In this document: in pieces, positions 62,950 to 64,000 of the stretch
How positions within the stretch are numbered: position 1 is the stretch's first letter
Layout of the letters: every line of letters begins with the position of its first letter
Assembly (NCBI RefSeq): GCF_006345805.1
Contig: NC_043015.1
Coordinates: 19,654,001-19,718,000, forward strand
Direction: 5' to 3'
From: Octopus sinensis
Lineage: Eukaryota
DNA: 64,000 nucleotides
Made by a program: the position numbers and the translations under genes
The notes under the pieces: generated by a model
Databases searched by the model: none
What the model saw: the letters and a program-made list of their open reading frames with translations, nothing else
Told to the model about the DNA's origin: nothing

Positions 62950-64000
62950 TTGGTGCATGTCTCAGTCAAAATTTAGCAGATGCTGCATAACATTGCTTCT
63001 TTGGTACAGGGAGCATAACATTGCATTTTGGTTACATACTGCATAAAATTGCATCTTTAGATCATGCTACATGACATTACATTTTTGGTGCATATTGCAT
63101 AATAAGGCATCTTCAGCACAACCAAAATTGTATTTTTGGTGTATACTGCATAACATAGCATCTCTGCATGTTACAAAATATCACATCTTTAGTGCATACT
63201 GCATAATTTGCATCCTTGGAGCATGCTGCATGGTGTTGCATCCTTGGTGCATACTGCATATCATTGCATTTTTGTATGCTGCAAAAAATTACGTTTTGTT
63301 CATGTTGCACAATATTGCATCATTGGTGCATGATGAAAGACATTATATATTTGGCACATCACATATTGCATCTTCGGTAATGATGCATAGCATTGCATCT
63401 TTGCATGCAGCAAAATATTGTATATTTAGTACATGCTGCATAATTTTGCATTTTTAGTGCATGCTGCATAATATTGCCTCTTCGTATCCTGCATGACTAC
63501 ATTTTTGGTGCATGATGCAGAGCATATTTCATACTTGTTGCAAACAATGTACTTGGTGCATGCTGCATAATATTGCATATTTGGTGCATGCTGCACAACA
63601 CTACATCTTTTCATGTTACATAACATTGTATTTTGTGCATGTTGCATAACATTGCACCTTTGGCATATGTTGCATAACATTGTACATTTGGTGCATACAG
63701 TATAATATTGTGCCTTTGGTGCATACAGCATAATATTGTGCCTTTGGCACATACTGCATAATATTGCACCTTTAGCGCATACTGCATAATATTGCACCTT
63801 TAGCGCATACTGCAAAATATTGCACCTTTCGCACATACTACATAACAGTGCACCTTTGGCGCATACTGCACAACATTGCACCTTTGGCGCATACTGCATA
63901 ACATTGCACCTTTGACGCATACTGCATCTTTTCAGGTTGTATAACATTGCATCTTTGGTGCATGCTGCGATTACATGGCACCTTTGGCACATATTTCATA
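62950..64000. repeat. 28-bp minisatellite (GCATACTGCATAATATTGCACCTTTGGC)n, running off the window
   Basis: Consecutive 28-nt units at 63721, 63749 and 63777; more degenerate towards 62950. Confidence 0.92.

Noticed and set aside
63426-63992. 188-aa Cys-rich ORF, the longest in the window
   Set aside because: Read-through of a 28-bp tandem repeat whose period is not a multiple of 3; no splice or domain support.
62950-64000. 28-bp partly palindromic repeats resembling a CRISPR array
   Set aside because: Units are contiguous with no unique spacers, there are no cas genes, and the context is a eukaryotic intron.

Overview
AT-rich, repeat-dense animal genomic DNA. The SINE and LINE content looks like an octopus/coleoid cephalopod, inferred from recall rather than a database hit. 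The whole window lies inside one + strand gene for a filamin-family protein, most like the jitterbug/FLN-2 type. I reconstructed 13 internal coding exons by eye. All are GT-AG, phase 1-1 and a multiple of 3, totalling 1773 nt, and they are arranged as a repeated four-exon module (147/84/141/168 nt) encoding two Ig-like filamin repeats. Neither end of the gene is in the window. The introns hold three tRNA-derived SINE families, a dead internally deleted RTE LINE, a CR1/L2-group LINE 3' end, mariner/maT remnants, TTAA-flanked MITEs, two minisatellites and an ~8.6 kb (TA)n tract. The most notable signal is about five unrelated families of small non-coding elements, mostly fold-back, carrying decayed minimal type-I hammerhead-ribozyme motifs with a palindromic stem III (Penelope-type). 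One family has a tRNA-derived head. A SINE/LINE pair shares a covarying 3' stem-loop, and candidate microexons lie in the long introns. Repeat boundaries are approximate (about +/-10-20 nt); exon boundaries were counted individually.
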